Shown one piece after another: positions 20,516-29,137 of a stretch of 64,000 nt of DNA; the stretch's first letter is position 1; the number at the start of each line of letters is the position of its first letter. Source of the DNA: Gemmatimonadota bacterium (GTDB lineage: Bacteria > Gemmatimonadota > Gemmatimonadetes > Gemmatimonadales > GWC2-71-9); NCBI GenBank assembly GCA_036679605.1, contig JAZDCZ010000419.1, positions 192,001-256,000 of the forward strand, given 5' to 3'. The position numbers and the translations under genes were made by a program. The notes beneath the pieces are model-generated. The model ran no database searches. It had not been told where the DNA came from and saw nothing but the letters and a program-made list of their open reading frames with translations.

Positions 20516-22579
20516 ATGAAGGTGAAACGAAATATCCTGATAGGAGTTTGCACCACACTAGCCCTCCAGTTCTCGGCGGGTAATGTATTGGCCCAAGACG
20601 ACGGCGCATCTCGCTTCCAACTCGCCGACGTGTTCGAACTCGAATACGCCTCTGACCCACAGATCTCTCCCGATGGAAGCAAGGTAGTGTTCGTCCGCAA
20701 TTTCATGGATATCATGACCGATCGAGGGCGATCAAACCTGTGGATCATCGATTCGGATGGTACCGGAGAGCGCCCCCTAACAACAGGTAACAAGAACTAC
20801 TCATCACCCAGGTGGTCGCCCAACGGAACGCGCTTGCTATACGTCTCCAATGTAGATGGGGCGAGCCAGCTTTACGCCCGATGGATGGACGACGGGCAAA
20901 CGGCGAAGCTCACCAACTTGACTGAGTCGCCTGCTGGACTCGCTTGGTCTCCGGACGGCAAGTGGATCGCCTTCTCCATGATGGTAACGCAACCGCAGCA
21001 GCCGTTCATCAACATGCCTCCCAAACCGGCCGGTGCGGAGTGGGCCGCCCCTGCAAAGGTCATTCAAAAACTGCAGTATCGGGCTGATGGTGCCGGGTAT
21101 CTGGAAGATGGATTCAGACAGCTCTTCGTGTTACCCGCGGAAGGCGGCACACCACGTCAAATCACCGACGGCGAATTCAATCACGGCGGCAGACTCTCAT
21201 GGACCCCAGACAGCAAGTCCTTGGTCTTCTCGGCAAATCGGCACGCCGATTGGCAGTATGATCCGATGAACTCGGAGATCTACGCTATCTCGGTGAATGA
21301 CGCGGCCATCACCGAACTGACCAGCCGTCAGGGACCCGATGCTTCACCGACGGTTTCACCTGACGGCAGGCGAATCGCATATCTGGGATTCGATGACCGC
21401 CTCCAGGGCTATCAAGTAACTCATCTTTACGTGATGAACAGGGACGGCTCCGGAAGAATTGCCGTCGCCGAAGATTTTGACCGCGATGTGCAACAACCGA
21501 GATGGGACAGATCGGGCAGAGGTGTCTATTTCCAGTACGATGACGCGGGCGACACCAAGATTGGCTACATGACGTTGGATGGAAAAGTGACGACTCTGGT
21601 AGGCGACGTCGGAGGCCTCTCTCTCGGGCGGCCCTACTCGGGGGGTTCATTCTCCGTGACACGAGACGGCCGGTTCGCGTTCACCCACTCCCGCCCGGAT
21701 CGTCCAGCAGATGTAGCCGTAGGACGCAGAGGAACGTCCGACATCAAGCGCATCACTGCGCTCAACGACGATCTCTTCGGCCATAAGGAATTGGGAAGAG
21801 TGGAAGAGATATGGTATGAATCGTCGTACGACAAGCGAAAGATCCAAGGCTGGATCGTAACACCTCCGGGATTCAGCTCGTCCCGCAAGTACCCCTTGCT
21901 ACTGGAAATCCATGGCGGCCCGTTCGCCAACTACGGAGCCCGCTTCTCTACCGAGATACAACTCTATGCAGCCGCCGGCTACGTGGTGCTGTACACGAAT
22001 CCACGCGGCAGTACCAGTTACGGTGAAGAGTTCGGCAACCTGATTCACCATGCGTATCCCGGTTACGACTACGACGACCTCATGTCAGGTGTAGATGCCG
22101 TTCTCGAGCGAGGCTACATCGACGAAGAAAACATGTTCGTTACAGGTGGAAGCGGTGGAGGAGTCTTGACCAGTTGGATAGTGGGAAAGACTGGCCGATT
22201 CAAGGCAGCGGTCGCAGCAAAGCCCGTCATCAATTGGTACAGTTGGGCATTGACCGCTGACTCATACAATTTCTTCTACAAGTATTGGTTTCCCGGCTTG
22301 CCTTGGGACGAGCCCGAGAACTACATGAAGCGCTCTCCGCTGACCTACGTGGGCAACGTCACGACACCGACAATGCTGCTGACTGGCGAAGTCGACTACC
22401 GAACACCCATCTCGGAGTCGGAACAGTTTTATCAAGCACTCAAGTTACGTAAGGTGGACGCGGCCCTGGTCCGGATCCCAGGAGCGTCACATGGCATCGC
22501 TTCCCGCCCTAGTAATCTGATTGCAAAGGTGGCCCACATACTGAAGTGGTTTGCGAAGTACCGGACCTCTACAACGTAG
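20516..22579 (+). CDS. S9-family peptidase with PD40/TolB-like propeller
   Basis: Signal peptide, WSPDG repeats, IHGGP, GGSGGG nucleophile, D and H of the triad. Confidence 0.92.
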   Translation: MKVKRNILIGVCTTLALQFSAGNVLAQDDGASRFQLADVFELEYASDPQISPDGSKVVFVRNFMDIMTDRGRSNLWIIDSDGTGERPLTTGNKNYSSPRWSPNGTRLLYVSNVDGASQLYARWMDDGQTAKLTNLTESPAGLAWSPDGKWIAFSMMVTQPQQPFINMPPKPAGAEWAAPAKVIQKLQYRADGAGYLEDGFRQLFVLPAEGGTPRQITDGEFNHGGRLSWTPDSKSLVFSANRHADWQYDPMNSEIYAISVNDAAITELTSRQGPDASPTVSPDGRRIAYLGFDDRLQGYQVTHLYVMNRDGSGRIAVAEDFDRDVQQPRWDRSGRGVYFQYDDAGDTKIGYMTLDGKVTTLVGDVGGLSLGRPYSGGSFSVTRDGRFAFTHSRPDRPADVAVGRRGTSDIKRITALNDDLFGHKELGRVEEIWYESSYDKRKIQGWIVTPPGFSSSRKYPLLLEIHGGPFANYGARFSTEIQLYAAAGYVVLYTNPRGSTSYGEEFGNLIHHAYPGYDYDDLMSGVDAVLERGYIDEENMFVTGGSGGGVLTSWIVGKTGRFKAAVAAKPVINWYSWALTADSYNFFYKYWFPGLPWDEPENYMKRSPLTYVGNVTTPTMLLTGEVDYRTPISESEQFYQALKLRKVDAALVRIPGASHGIASRPSNLIAKVAHILKWFAKYRTSTT

Positions 22580-22628
22580 CTAGGGAACTCGTATCAGCCA
22601 CGGACTGTTTGTACTGCATAGCCATCAT

Positions 22629-23717
22629 ATGCCGCAAACGGGGTTGATAGAGATGAACAGTCGGCTGGAACATGGAAGGTTGGTAACACTGAGAGGACAG
22701 ACCCGCAAAGGTGCTGTCCTCTCAGTAATCGCACTGACGTTTGCACTGGCGTCGGAGGCGGCAGGTCAGGTAAATCCGACAACACCACCCCCAATAAGCG
22801 GTCACTCTCTCACGTTCGAAGATATATCTTCTGCCGACGTTCTTGCACGTGCGCACCTGATCCGTGATGAGATAGAACTCATTCGATTCGAGATGGGGAG
22901 ACCGACCGCGGGACCATCTGAGTTCGACGTGCGTAATGCATCGCCCCGTGAAGTCATGTTTCAGGCTTTCACTCTGTTCTTGAAAGCGAGTGAACTTCAG
23001 TTCGAGCTGGCGGGTACCTCGCCAGTGCCGCTGCAGTTGGAGTTGCCGCAAGAGGTGAGGCAGTTACATGTGTGGAGGGTGCTGGAAGTCGCTTACCAGC
23101 GAATCCTCACCGTGCGGAGGGAACTCGACATATCCGACCCCGTTGTCGAGCGGAGGCAGCCGCCATCTGCTGCTCCGACTGATGTCTTTCTAGCTATTGC
23201 CCAGGCAAACCGCCAATTGGACCAGTTGCTCAGCGAGCGCCTGGCGCCACGGGATGTGTTCTATCAGGTAAAGCTGGCTTCAAATTATGCCGTCCGCCTC
23301 CTTCAGCAATTTCCGGGAGCCCGAGTGATCCCTCCAGCACCCATGTTCGAACGTGGCAAACGACCTGTCGACGTGTTCAACCTACTACTCGCTAACTACG
23401 AGAAACTTCAGGGGGTCGCCATGTACTCCAGGATCGAGACTTTGAGCCTGGAGGTGACTAATCACGATACAGAGTGGGCAGGTCAAAACGAGGTCTCGCC
23501 GAGCGAGGTATACAACATTGCCATATTACTCGTCTCGGAGCTTGCCTACCTACACGCGCAGCTCGACTATTCCGATGCTCCGACCCCTGCCCGTGATTCC
23601 GGGGTGAAGGTGCCTGCGCACGTATATCAGCAGGCCCGGATTCTCCAACTTCAGCTGCAGGAACTCGAAAAGTTGGTGCACAAGAACCCCGATTGGCTCG
23701 CCGGAAGACTGAACTAG
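22629..23717 (+). CDS. Secreted helical-repeat hypothetical protein
   Basis: Signal-like segment; about eight P-x-[DEH]-V-[FY] helical units; start uncertain. Confidence 0.65.
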   Translation: MPQTGLIEMNSRLEHGRLVTLRGQTRKGAVLSVIALTFALASEAAGQVNPTTPPPISGHSLTFEDISSADVLARAHLIRDEIELIRFEMGRPTAGPSEFDVRNASPREVMFQAFTLFLKASELQFELAGTSPVPLQLELPQEVRQLHVWRVLEVAYQRILTVRRELDISDPVVERRQPPSAAPTDVFLAIAQANRQLDQLLSERLAPRDVFYQVKLASNYAVRLLQQFPGARVIPPAPMFERGKRPVDVFNLLLANYEKLQGVAMYSRIETLSLEVTNHDTEWAGQNEVSPSEVYNIAILLVSELAYLHAQLDYSDAPTPARDSGVKVPAHVYQQARILQLQLQELEKLVHKNPDWLAGRLN

Positions 23718-23726
23718 GCGTGTAGC

Positions 23727-24266
23727 CTAACCGGAGAGCGCCTCCAGCTCATTCCGGGCGTCATCTAGTATCTGAACTACCCGCTCTCTCTTCTCAGGGT
23801 CTTCTCTGAGCCTCCAGGACATCTTGTAGGCCAGGGTGACGAGCTTGCCCACTCGCTTGGTCAACTCCGGCACAGGGTCGTTTAGAAGACCGTCGATCAT
23901 CTCGTCGAGGCGATCGAAGATCTCGTCCACCGTGCTCTTGTGCTCGCTGAGAAACGCCCGGCCATCGTCGGTAATCGAATAGATCTTCTTTCCCTCCACC
24001 TTTTCACAGCTGACCAGGCCTTCGTCCTCAAGCCACTGGAGCGTGGGGTAGACCGACCCGGGTGACGGTTTGTAACAGCCGCGCGTGTGCTGTTCCAAGT
24101 CCTTCATCACCTCGTAGCCGTGCATCGGCTTGTCCCGGAGCAGCTTGAGGATGACATATTTCATGTCACCCGACTCGAACCAATGGCGCCGACTTCGGCG
24201 ACGTGCACCCTGTCTCGCCCAAAAGAACCAGGGCTCGAACCCAAGATTCCATGGCTTATCTCTCAT
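23727..24266 (-). CDS. PadR-family transcriptional regulator
   Basis: HGYEVMK, PSPGSVYPTL, YSITDDG; AGGAGG RBS before ATG 24266. Confidence 0.92.
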   Translation of the reverse strand: MRDKPWNLGFEPWFFWARQGARRRSRRHWFESGDMKYVILKLLRDKPMHGYEVMKDLEQHTRGCYKPSPGSVYPTLQWLEDEGLVSCEKVEGKKIYSITDDGRAFLSEHKSTVDEIFDRLDEMIDGLLNDPVPELTKRVGKLVTLAYKMSWRLREDPEKRERVVQILDDARNELEALSG

Positions 24267-24306
24267 GATTCCCACCTCCTACTGACAATATTCGATATTA
24301 CGCGTC

Positions 24307-24338
24307 GATATTACGTACGATATATCGTACGTAATATC
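24307..24338. promoter_or_regulatory. Perfect 32-bp palindrome, probable PadR operator
   Basis: gatattacgtacgata|tatcgtacgtaatatc, 40 bp upstream of the padR start. Confidence 0.75.
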
Positions 24339-24379
24339 TTACAAAAAGTCAACGGCTGGTAAGTGGTGGGTACAGCTAG

Positions 24380-24781
24380 TTAGTTAGCGAGGCTATGCGG
24401 CCACGGTCCTGCGGCATAGTAGGCAAATAGAAGGGCGGCACCCGCTAAGCCCAAAGTTTTCATGAAATGCGCCATCTCGTTCATCCGCTTGGCCGGATCG
24501 GTCTCGGTCCAGAAAGAATGGAGCGCCCAGGCCCCGGGAAAAAGCACCAGGAACAGCAGGCCGGCCCCTACGAAGCGTCGCCAGCCAAGCAGCACGAACA
24601 CACCGCCGACGAGCAGCATGAGCCCTGTAACCAACGCAACGGGCTTGGGCCCGGGTACGGCCTTGCTCTCGAAGAATGCTGCTGTGACCCGCATCCCCAG
24701 CAGATGGCGCAGCCCAAAGAAAATGGCGAATGACGCAAATAGGATGCGCCCGGTCAGGTGCATCCAGACATACTCAGGCAT
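24380..24781 (-). CDS. DoxX-family membrane protein
   Basis: GRILF..H..GVP..HSFW..HFMKTLGLAG. Confidence 0.88.
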   Translation of the reverse strand: MPEYVWMHLTGRILFASFAIFFGLRHLLGMRVTAAFFESKAVPGPKPVALVTGLMLLVGGVFVLLGWRRFVGAGLLFLVLFPGAWALHSFWTETDPAKRMNEMAHFMKTLGLAGAALLFAYYAAGPWPHSLAN

Positions 24782-24791
24782 CAGGATTCCC

Positions 24792-25199
24792 TCAGTTACC
24801 CAGACTCATGGGCCAGTAGAAGCCCGCGTGATAAACGATGAAAAGCGCGGCGCCAGCGAGCCCGAGAGTTTTCATGAAGTGAGCCATCTCGTTCTGCTTC
24901 GCCATTGGATCGGTCTCCTTCCAGAACGGATGCATCATGAAGGCGGTCGGTATGAGGAAAATCACCAGCAGCCCCGCACCGATGAAACGATGCCATCCCA
25001 ACAGCACCGACAGTCCGCCGAGCACGATCATGAGGCCGGTCACCGGAACAGCAACCTTTGCTGCGGGTACTCCCCTGCTCTCGGCGAAGCCCGCCATCTC
25101 CTTCATGTTCATGAAGTGGCCCATGCCGCCCCCAATAAACATCATGCTGAATAGGATTCTGCCCATGAGGTGGATCCAGGGGTAAGCTTCTTCTGGCAT
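24792..25199 (-). CDS. DoxX-family membrane protein (tandem paralog)
   Basis: GRILF..GHF..GVP..HPFW..HFMKTLGLAG. Confidence 0.88.
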   Translation of the reverse strand: MPEEAYPWIHLMGRILFSMMFIGGGMGHFMNMKEMAGFAESRGVPAAKVAVPVTGLMIVLGGLSVLLGWHRFIGAGLLVIFLIPTAFMMHPFWKETDPMAKQNEMAHFMKTLGLAGAALFIVYHAGFYWPMSLGN

Positions 25200-25328
25200 T
25201 TTTTGCTCCCGTTTGCAAGAATCGCTGCATGATGCCGTAGCTTGAGCTAAATAGCAAGCGCCCTTGCGGTCAGACGCGGGAGAGAATACCGGATGGTCTT
25301 GGAAACTCGAGATGCTGCGGAGTACTGC

Positions 25329-25357
25329 TTGCGGCGCGCCCTTCTGGCGCGCCGCAA
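25329..25357 (-). terminator. 12-bp GC hairpin after the PDZ gene
   Basis: ttgcggcgcgcc-cttct-ggcgcgccgcaa just beyond stop at 25366; no clear U tract. Confidence 0.55.
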
Positions 25358-25365
25358 TATGTTCC

Positions 25366-26433
25366 CTACTGTCGCCTCTCTCTGAAGAACGAGCCCCCTG
25401 ACCTATTCCTGCGGCGGAAGGAACTGTCGCTCTCCGGCAGCTCGGCTGTGACCGTCATGCGGCTCTTCTTCCGCATGATAGTAAACGCGATCGTCTCACC
25501 AGCGTCGTAGGACCGGATCATTCGAAGCGCGTGAGCCGCGCTAGTCGGCTTTCGATCGCCGATGTTCAGAATGACGTCGCCGGTCTTCAGGTTGAGGGAC
25601 GATTCCCTTGGAGCCCGGACGATCAGCAACCCCTCATCGGTTCCGAAATAGTCACCCAACTCTTCGTCCAGACTAACCAGTTCGATGTCGAGCCATTGCA
25701 GTGGCACGGACCCGAAAGGAAGTCCCCGCACGGAATATGGTTGCGGGCCTACTCGCACGCGCGGAGCTAATTCTTCGAGAAGTCGAAGACTCGGATCGCC
25801 TGAGAAGCTGAAAGAATAGGACTCGGATTCCAGTTTCCGCAGAATGACGTCGGCGTCGTGGTTCTCCGCGCCGCGGCGGTATTCCACGTGTAGAGTGTCA
25901 CCTTCCTCGAGTTCGTTCTTGATCCGGACGAGCTTGTTTCCCGGCGATATGCTCCATCGATCGGCTCGCCCAAGAGTCTCTCCGTTCGCCTTGGTAATAA
26001 CGTCTCCTGCCTCGAGGCCTGCTTCGTCGGCTGGCCCACCTTCGACCACGCTCTCCAAGCCTGCACCGACGGAGTCGTTGTCGTCATCGCTACTAGTACT
26101 CAAGTAGACACCCATCTGGATCCGGTTGCCGCCGACGAACGACAACGTGCGAAAGGCATCACCTGTTGAGACGAACAAGCGATTCCTATTCAGTTCATTG
26201 ATTGCGGAGCGCAAACCGGATACGAGTCGCTCCATTTCCCGCCGCGCCTCCCTGCTGTCATCTTCACGCAGCAGTCGCAGAGCCTCTTCTAACTGTCCTC
26301 GGGCTTTATCGAGCTGCTGCTCCGCTCGCTCGCGTCTGGCCTCTTCACTGCTCTGCTGAGCGTAGGCCACACCACTACCTCCTACGGCCAACAGAAACAG
26401 GGAAGCAAGAACTGCTCTTGTCTTCACTTTCAT
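25366..26433 (-). CDS. Secreted tandem-PDZ protein
   Basis: Signal peptide, coiled coil, VVEGGPADEAGLEAGDVI and LKTGDVILNI PDZ motifs. Confidence 0.85.
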   Translation of the reverse strand: MKVKTRAVLASLFLLAVGGSGVAYAQQSSEEARRERAEQQLDKARGQLEEALRLLREDDSREARREMERLVSGLRSAINELNRNRLFVSTGDAFRTLSFVGGNRIQMGVYLSTSSDDDNDSVGAGLESVVEGGPADEAGLEAGDVITKANGETLGRADRWSISPGNKLVRIKNELEEGDTLHVEYRRGAENHDADVILRKLESESYSFSFSGDPSLRLLEELAPRVRVGPQPYSVRGLPFGSVPLQWLDIELVSLDEELGDYFGTDEGLLIVRAPRESSLNLKTGDVILNIGDRKPTSAAHALRMIRSYDAGETIAFTIMRKKSRMTVTAELPESDSSFRRRNRSGGSFFRERRQ

Positions 26434-26478
26434 TGTACACTCACTCCTTACTTGATCCGGCATTCCAGCCCGGACCTA

Positions 26479-27066
26479 CTAGAATCCGACGTATGCTGCC
26501 CGTCGGACCTGTGTATTAATCAACGCATCCATCAACAACAGACGTTGACGGAACAAACCTGTGAGTTGTTCTCGGGATACAACCACCTGTCGAGCTGCCG
26601 AGAGGTGTGTATCAATCATGGTTATGCGATCTTCGAGATCGGCGATCGCAAGTGCCGTCATTCCATTCACGACTCGCCCATCCATTCGAACGTCATGAAG
26701 CACACTATCCAATTGTCGTGATTGGCTGGCCAGCATCTGCAACTCGGTAACCGAATTGGGAACCGCTGCCGTTCTATGCACAAAACCATTCACGCCAACC
26801 AGCAACGCAAATGACGCCGCAGCAGCCCAGCCGGCTCTGAGCCAACCAGCTCTGCGTCGCTCTTTTTGAATGGCACGACCAACCTCCGACCAACGATCCC
26901 GCGGTGCACTGATACTCGGTAGCGCCTTGAGCGCCGCAACCCGCTGGTGGATCCGGTCTAGCTCATCTCGGCATTCAGCGCATTCGTCCACATGAGTTCG
27001 AGCGCCCAACAAGCCGTCCCCATTTCGTACATCGAGTAGCTCTTGAATTGTACAATGTCTCAACAT
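26479..27066 (-). CDS. zf-HC2 anti-sigma factor
   Basis: HVDECAEC (HxxxCxxC), TM helix; ATG overlaps the sigma stop. Confidence 0.8.
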   Translation of the reverse strand: MLRHCTIQELLDVRNGDGLLGARTHVDECAECRDELDRIHQRVAALKALPSISAPRDRWSEVGRAIQKERRRAGWLRAGWAAAASFALLVGVNGFVHRTAAVPNSVTELQMLASQSRQLDSVLHDVRMDGRVVNGMTALAIADLEDRITMIDTHLSAARQVVVSREQLTGLFRQRLLLMDALINTQVRRAAYVGF

Positions 27067-27611
27067 CACGCCTCCTCGCCGAGCATCGTTCTCAACCGCG
27101 CATGAGCACGCGAAAGTTGCGATTTCGAGAAACTCACTGTTTTCCCCATTAGCTCGGCTATCTCCTCGTGTGTGTAGCCCTCTACGTCGTGCAACCACAC
27201 CACCGCCCTGCTCGTGTCCGACAGACACTTCAATGCGTCCTCCAGATCGAGCCGGAGGCCGGATTGTCCCTCCAGCGACCATCTCCCAGCAAACTCCTCG
27301 TGCAGTTCCTCAGTATTCCGGTACTTCTCATACCTCACACGCATCAGTGCTTTGCTGGCAGCTATGCGCTTGATCCATGATGTCATGCTCCCGGCCTGGT
27401 CACCACGGAATTTTTTTATGCTGCGGCAGACCTCCAGGAAAGTTTCCTGAAGCACATCTTCCGCATCTTCCGCGGTGCGGCATATTCTCCGAGCCATTGT
27501 GTAGACCAGACCCTGATAGCTCCGATACAAGCCTTCGAGAGCTGCAAGGTCGCCGGTCTTGGCCCGGCGAATCGCCATGTCGTCGACTGCAACCAAGGAC
27601 ATTTGCGTCAT
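27066..27611 (-). CDS. ECF RNA polymerase sigma factor
   Basis: DAEDVLQETF, WIKRIA, LHDVEGYTHEEIA. Confidence 0.92.
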   Translation of the reverse strand: MTQMSLVAVDDMAIRRAKTGDLAALEGLYRSYQGLVYTMARRICRTAEDAEDVLQETFLEVCRSIKKFRGDQAGSMTSWIKRIAASKALMRVRYEKYRNTEELHEEFAGRWSLEGQSGLRLDLEDALKCLSDTSRAVVWLHDVEGYTHEEIAELMGKTVSFSKSQLSRAHARLRTMLGEEA

Positions 27612-27622
27612 GCTCGTTAAGA

Positions 27623-27651
27623 TAGATGCCTCGACCGAAAGAATAGTCGCA
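27623..27651 (-). promoter_or_regulatory. Candidate autoregulatory ECF promoter TGCGAC-N17-CATCT
   Basis: Lies directly upstream of the ECF start; single copy only. Confidence 0.3.
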
Positions 27652-27755
27652 GTTATCGCGCTACTCTGACCGGCCGTTCGAAAGCTACATAACTATATGA
27701 TAGACATACAGTTACGGTCGAATATTTGCAAGCATACGCGGGAAGTAGGCTCAAT

Positions 27756-28868
27756 TTGAAGAGAACGGACGCAAGCGACCTTTGGCGTCACCACCTCCAG
27801 GATGAGGCCGACGCCGCGTTCCTATACCGAATTCTGGCTGACGCGGAACCCACCGACAAGAGGAGTGATCTGTACCGTCGTCTGGCCGATGTCGAGGACC
27901 GGCATTCAAAGCTCTGGTGCGAGGTTCTGGAACAACATGGCCATGAGGCGCCCGTGCCAGGTCCCTCGTTCAGAGCGAGGCTGCTCGCCAAGATAGCAAC
28001 AATGTTCGGTCCCACTCTGCTGCTACCACTGCTGCTGAGAGAAGAAGGTCTCGAGGTTAAGGGATACCTCGACATGTACCGACAAAGTGAACCCGGCACT
28101 GCGCGCGACACCGCTCTCACCTTGGCAAAGGAATCAGCCGAACATGCGACGGCGCTGGGCCAGCTTTCAGATGCGGTGGGTGAGCCGTGGCACAGCACTG
28201 GGTCGGGTGGTTTTCTCCGCAACGTCATCTATGGGTTCAATGACGGGTTGACGGCTAACTTCGGCTTGGTTGCGGGTGTTATCGGAGCGGCGTTCGAGTC
28301 TCACATCGTGCTCGTGTCGGGCTTGGCAGGAATGATTGCGGATGCTCTATCGATGGGTTCCTCGGGATACTTGGCTGCGAAAACCGAACGCGAGGTTTAT
28401 GCAAACGAGATCGCGATGGAGCGCGAAGAGATTCGGCTCATGCCCGAACTCGAGGAAGAGGAACTTGCACTGCTGTACGAGGCCAAGGGTGTCGAGACCC
28501 AGCGCGCCCACGAGATGGCACACGACATTATGCGAGACCCTGAGCGCGCGCTAGCCGAAAAGGTGCGCGAAGAACTCAAAATAGGTGATGCACACACTAC
28601 ACCTGTCAACGAAGGTCTCATTACCGGTATCGCTACTGCGGTTGGAGCGTTCATACCCTTCGCTCCGTTTCTCTTCATGGAGGGTCAGGCCGCAGCGCTC
28701 ACTGCTTTCTTGCTTGCGATGACCTCGCACTTTGCCGTGGGTGCGGCAAGGAGTTTCTTCACCGGGCGCGGACTATTCAAGAGCGGCTTAGATATGTTTG
28801 TGGTCGGACTCGGCGTTGCCGTGGTGGGCTACCTGGTTGGTGACCTTGTCGCCAAGGCGTTGACCTGA
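27756..28868 (+). CDS. Rubrerythrin-like + VIT1/CCC1 iron/manganese transporter
   Basis: ExxH motifs N-terminal; RNVIYGFNDGL, ADALSMG; start approximate (27726 or 27756). Confidence 0.88.
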   Translation: MKRTDASDLWRHHLQDEADAAFLYRILADAEPTDKRSDLYRRLADVEDRHSKLWCEVLEQHGHEAPVPGPSFRARLLAKIATMFGPTLLLPLLLREEGLEVKGYLDMYRQSEPGTARDTALTLAKESAEHATALGQLSDAVGEPWHSTGSGGFLRNVIYGFNDGLTANFGLVAGVIGAAFESHIVLVSGLAGMIADALSMGSSGYLAAKTEREVYANEIAMEREEIRLMPELEEEELALLYEAKGVETQRAHEMAHDIMRDPERALAEKVREELKIGDAHTTPVNEGLITGIATAVGAFIPFAPFLFMEGQAAALTAFLLAMTSHFAVGAARSFFTGRGLFKSGLDMFVVGLGVAVVGYLVGDLVAKALT

Positions 28869-28952
28869 CTAGACCACGAGATTAACCAACCGGTCCTGAA
28901 CGTAAATCGATTTTTTCACGTCGCGACCATCCAAGGACCGGCGCACCGCATC
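28869..28952 (-). pseudogene. leuS: Displaced 3' end of leuS (84 nt, att-like direct repeat)
   Basis: 72/84 nt identical to 38248-38331; encodes DAVRRSLDGRDVKKSIYVQDRLVNLVV* vs DAVLRALDGREVRKSIYVQDRLVNLVV*. Confidence 0.9.
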
Positions 28953-28989
28953 GTGCAGTCGATCCGAAGATTGGGTTCGCTTGGTACGG

Positions 28990-29085
28990 TCACTGGAAGC
29001 AGAAGCCGAACTCAGTAACAGTATATGTGTATTGGTCACTTGCCGTACTTTCACCATCGTTTACTTCAACCTTTATCTCGGGCAC
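28990..29085 (-). pseudogene. Orphan C-terminal fragment of an Ig/PKD-like domain
   Basis: EIKVEVNDGESTASDQYTYTVTEFGFCFQ* resembles the LRLNVLDSGGADGFDQLSATVNSQAPPCLN* tail at 31782-31943. Confidence 0.4.
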
Positions 29086-29137
29086 CGCGGCCATCATGGT
29101 CCTGTCGCTGTGCAGAACGGCGGGTAGTGCGACGGCG

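Noticed and set aside
28869..29057. 62-aa ORF ending in the LeuS C-terminus
   Set aside because: Only the last 27 codons are LeuS-like; the rest is junction sequence with no convincing RBS, so treated as a relic
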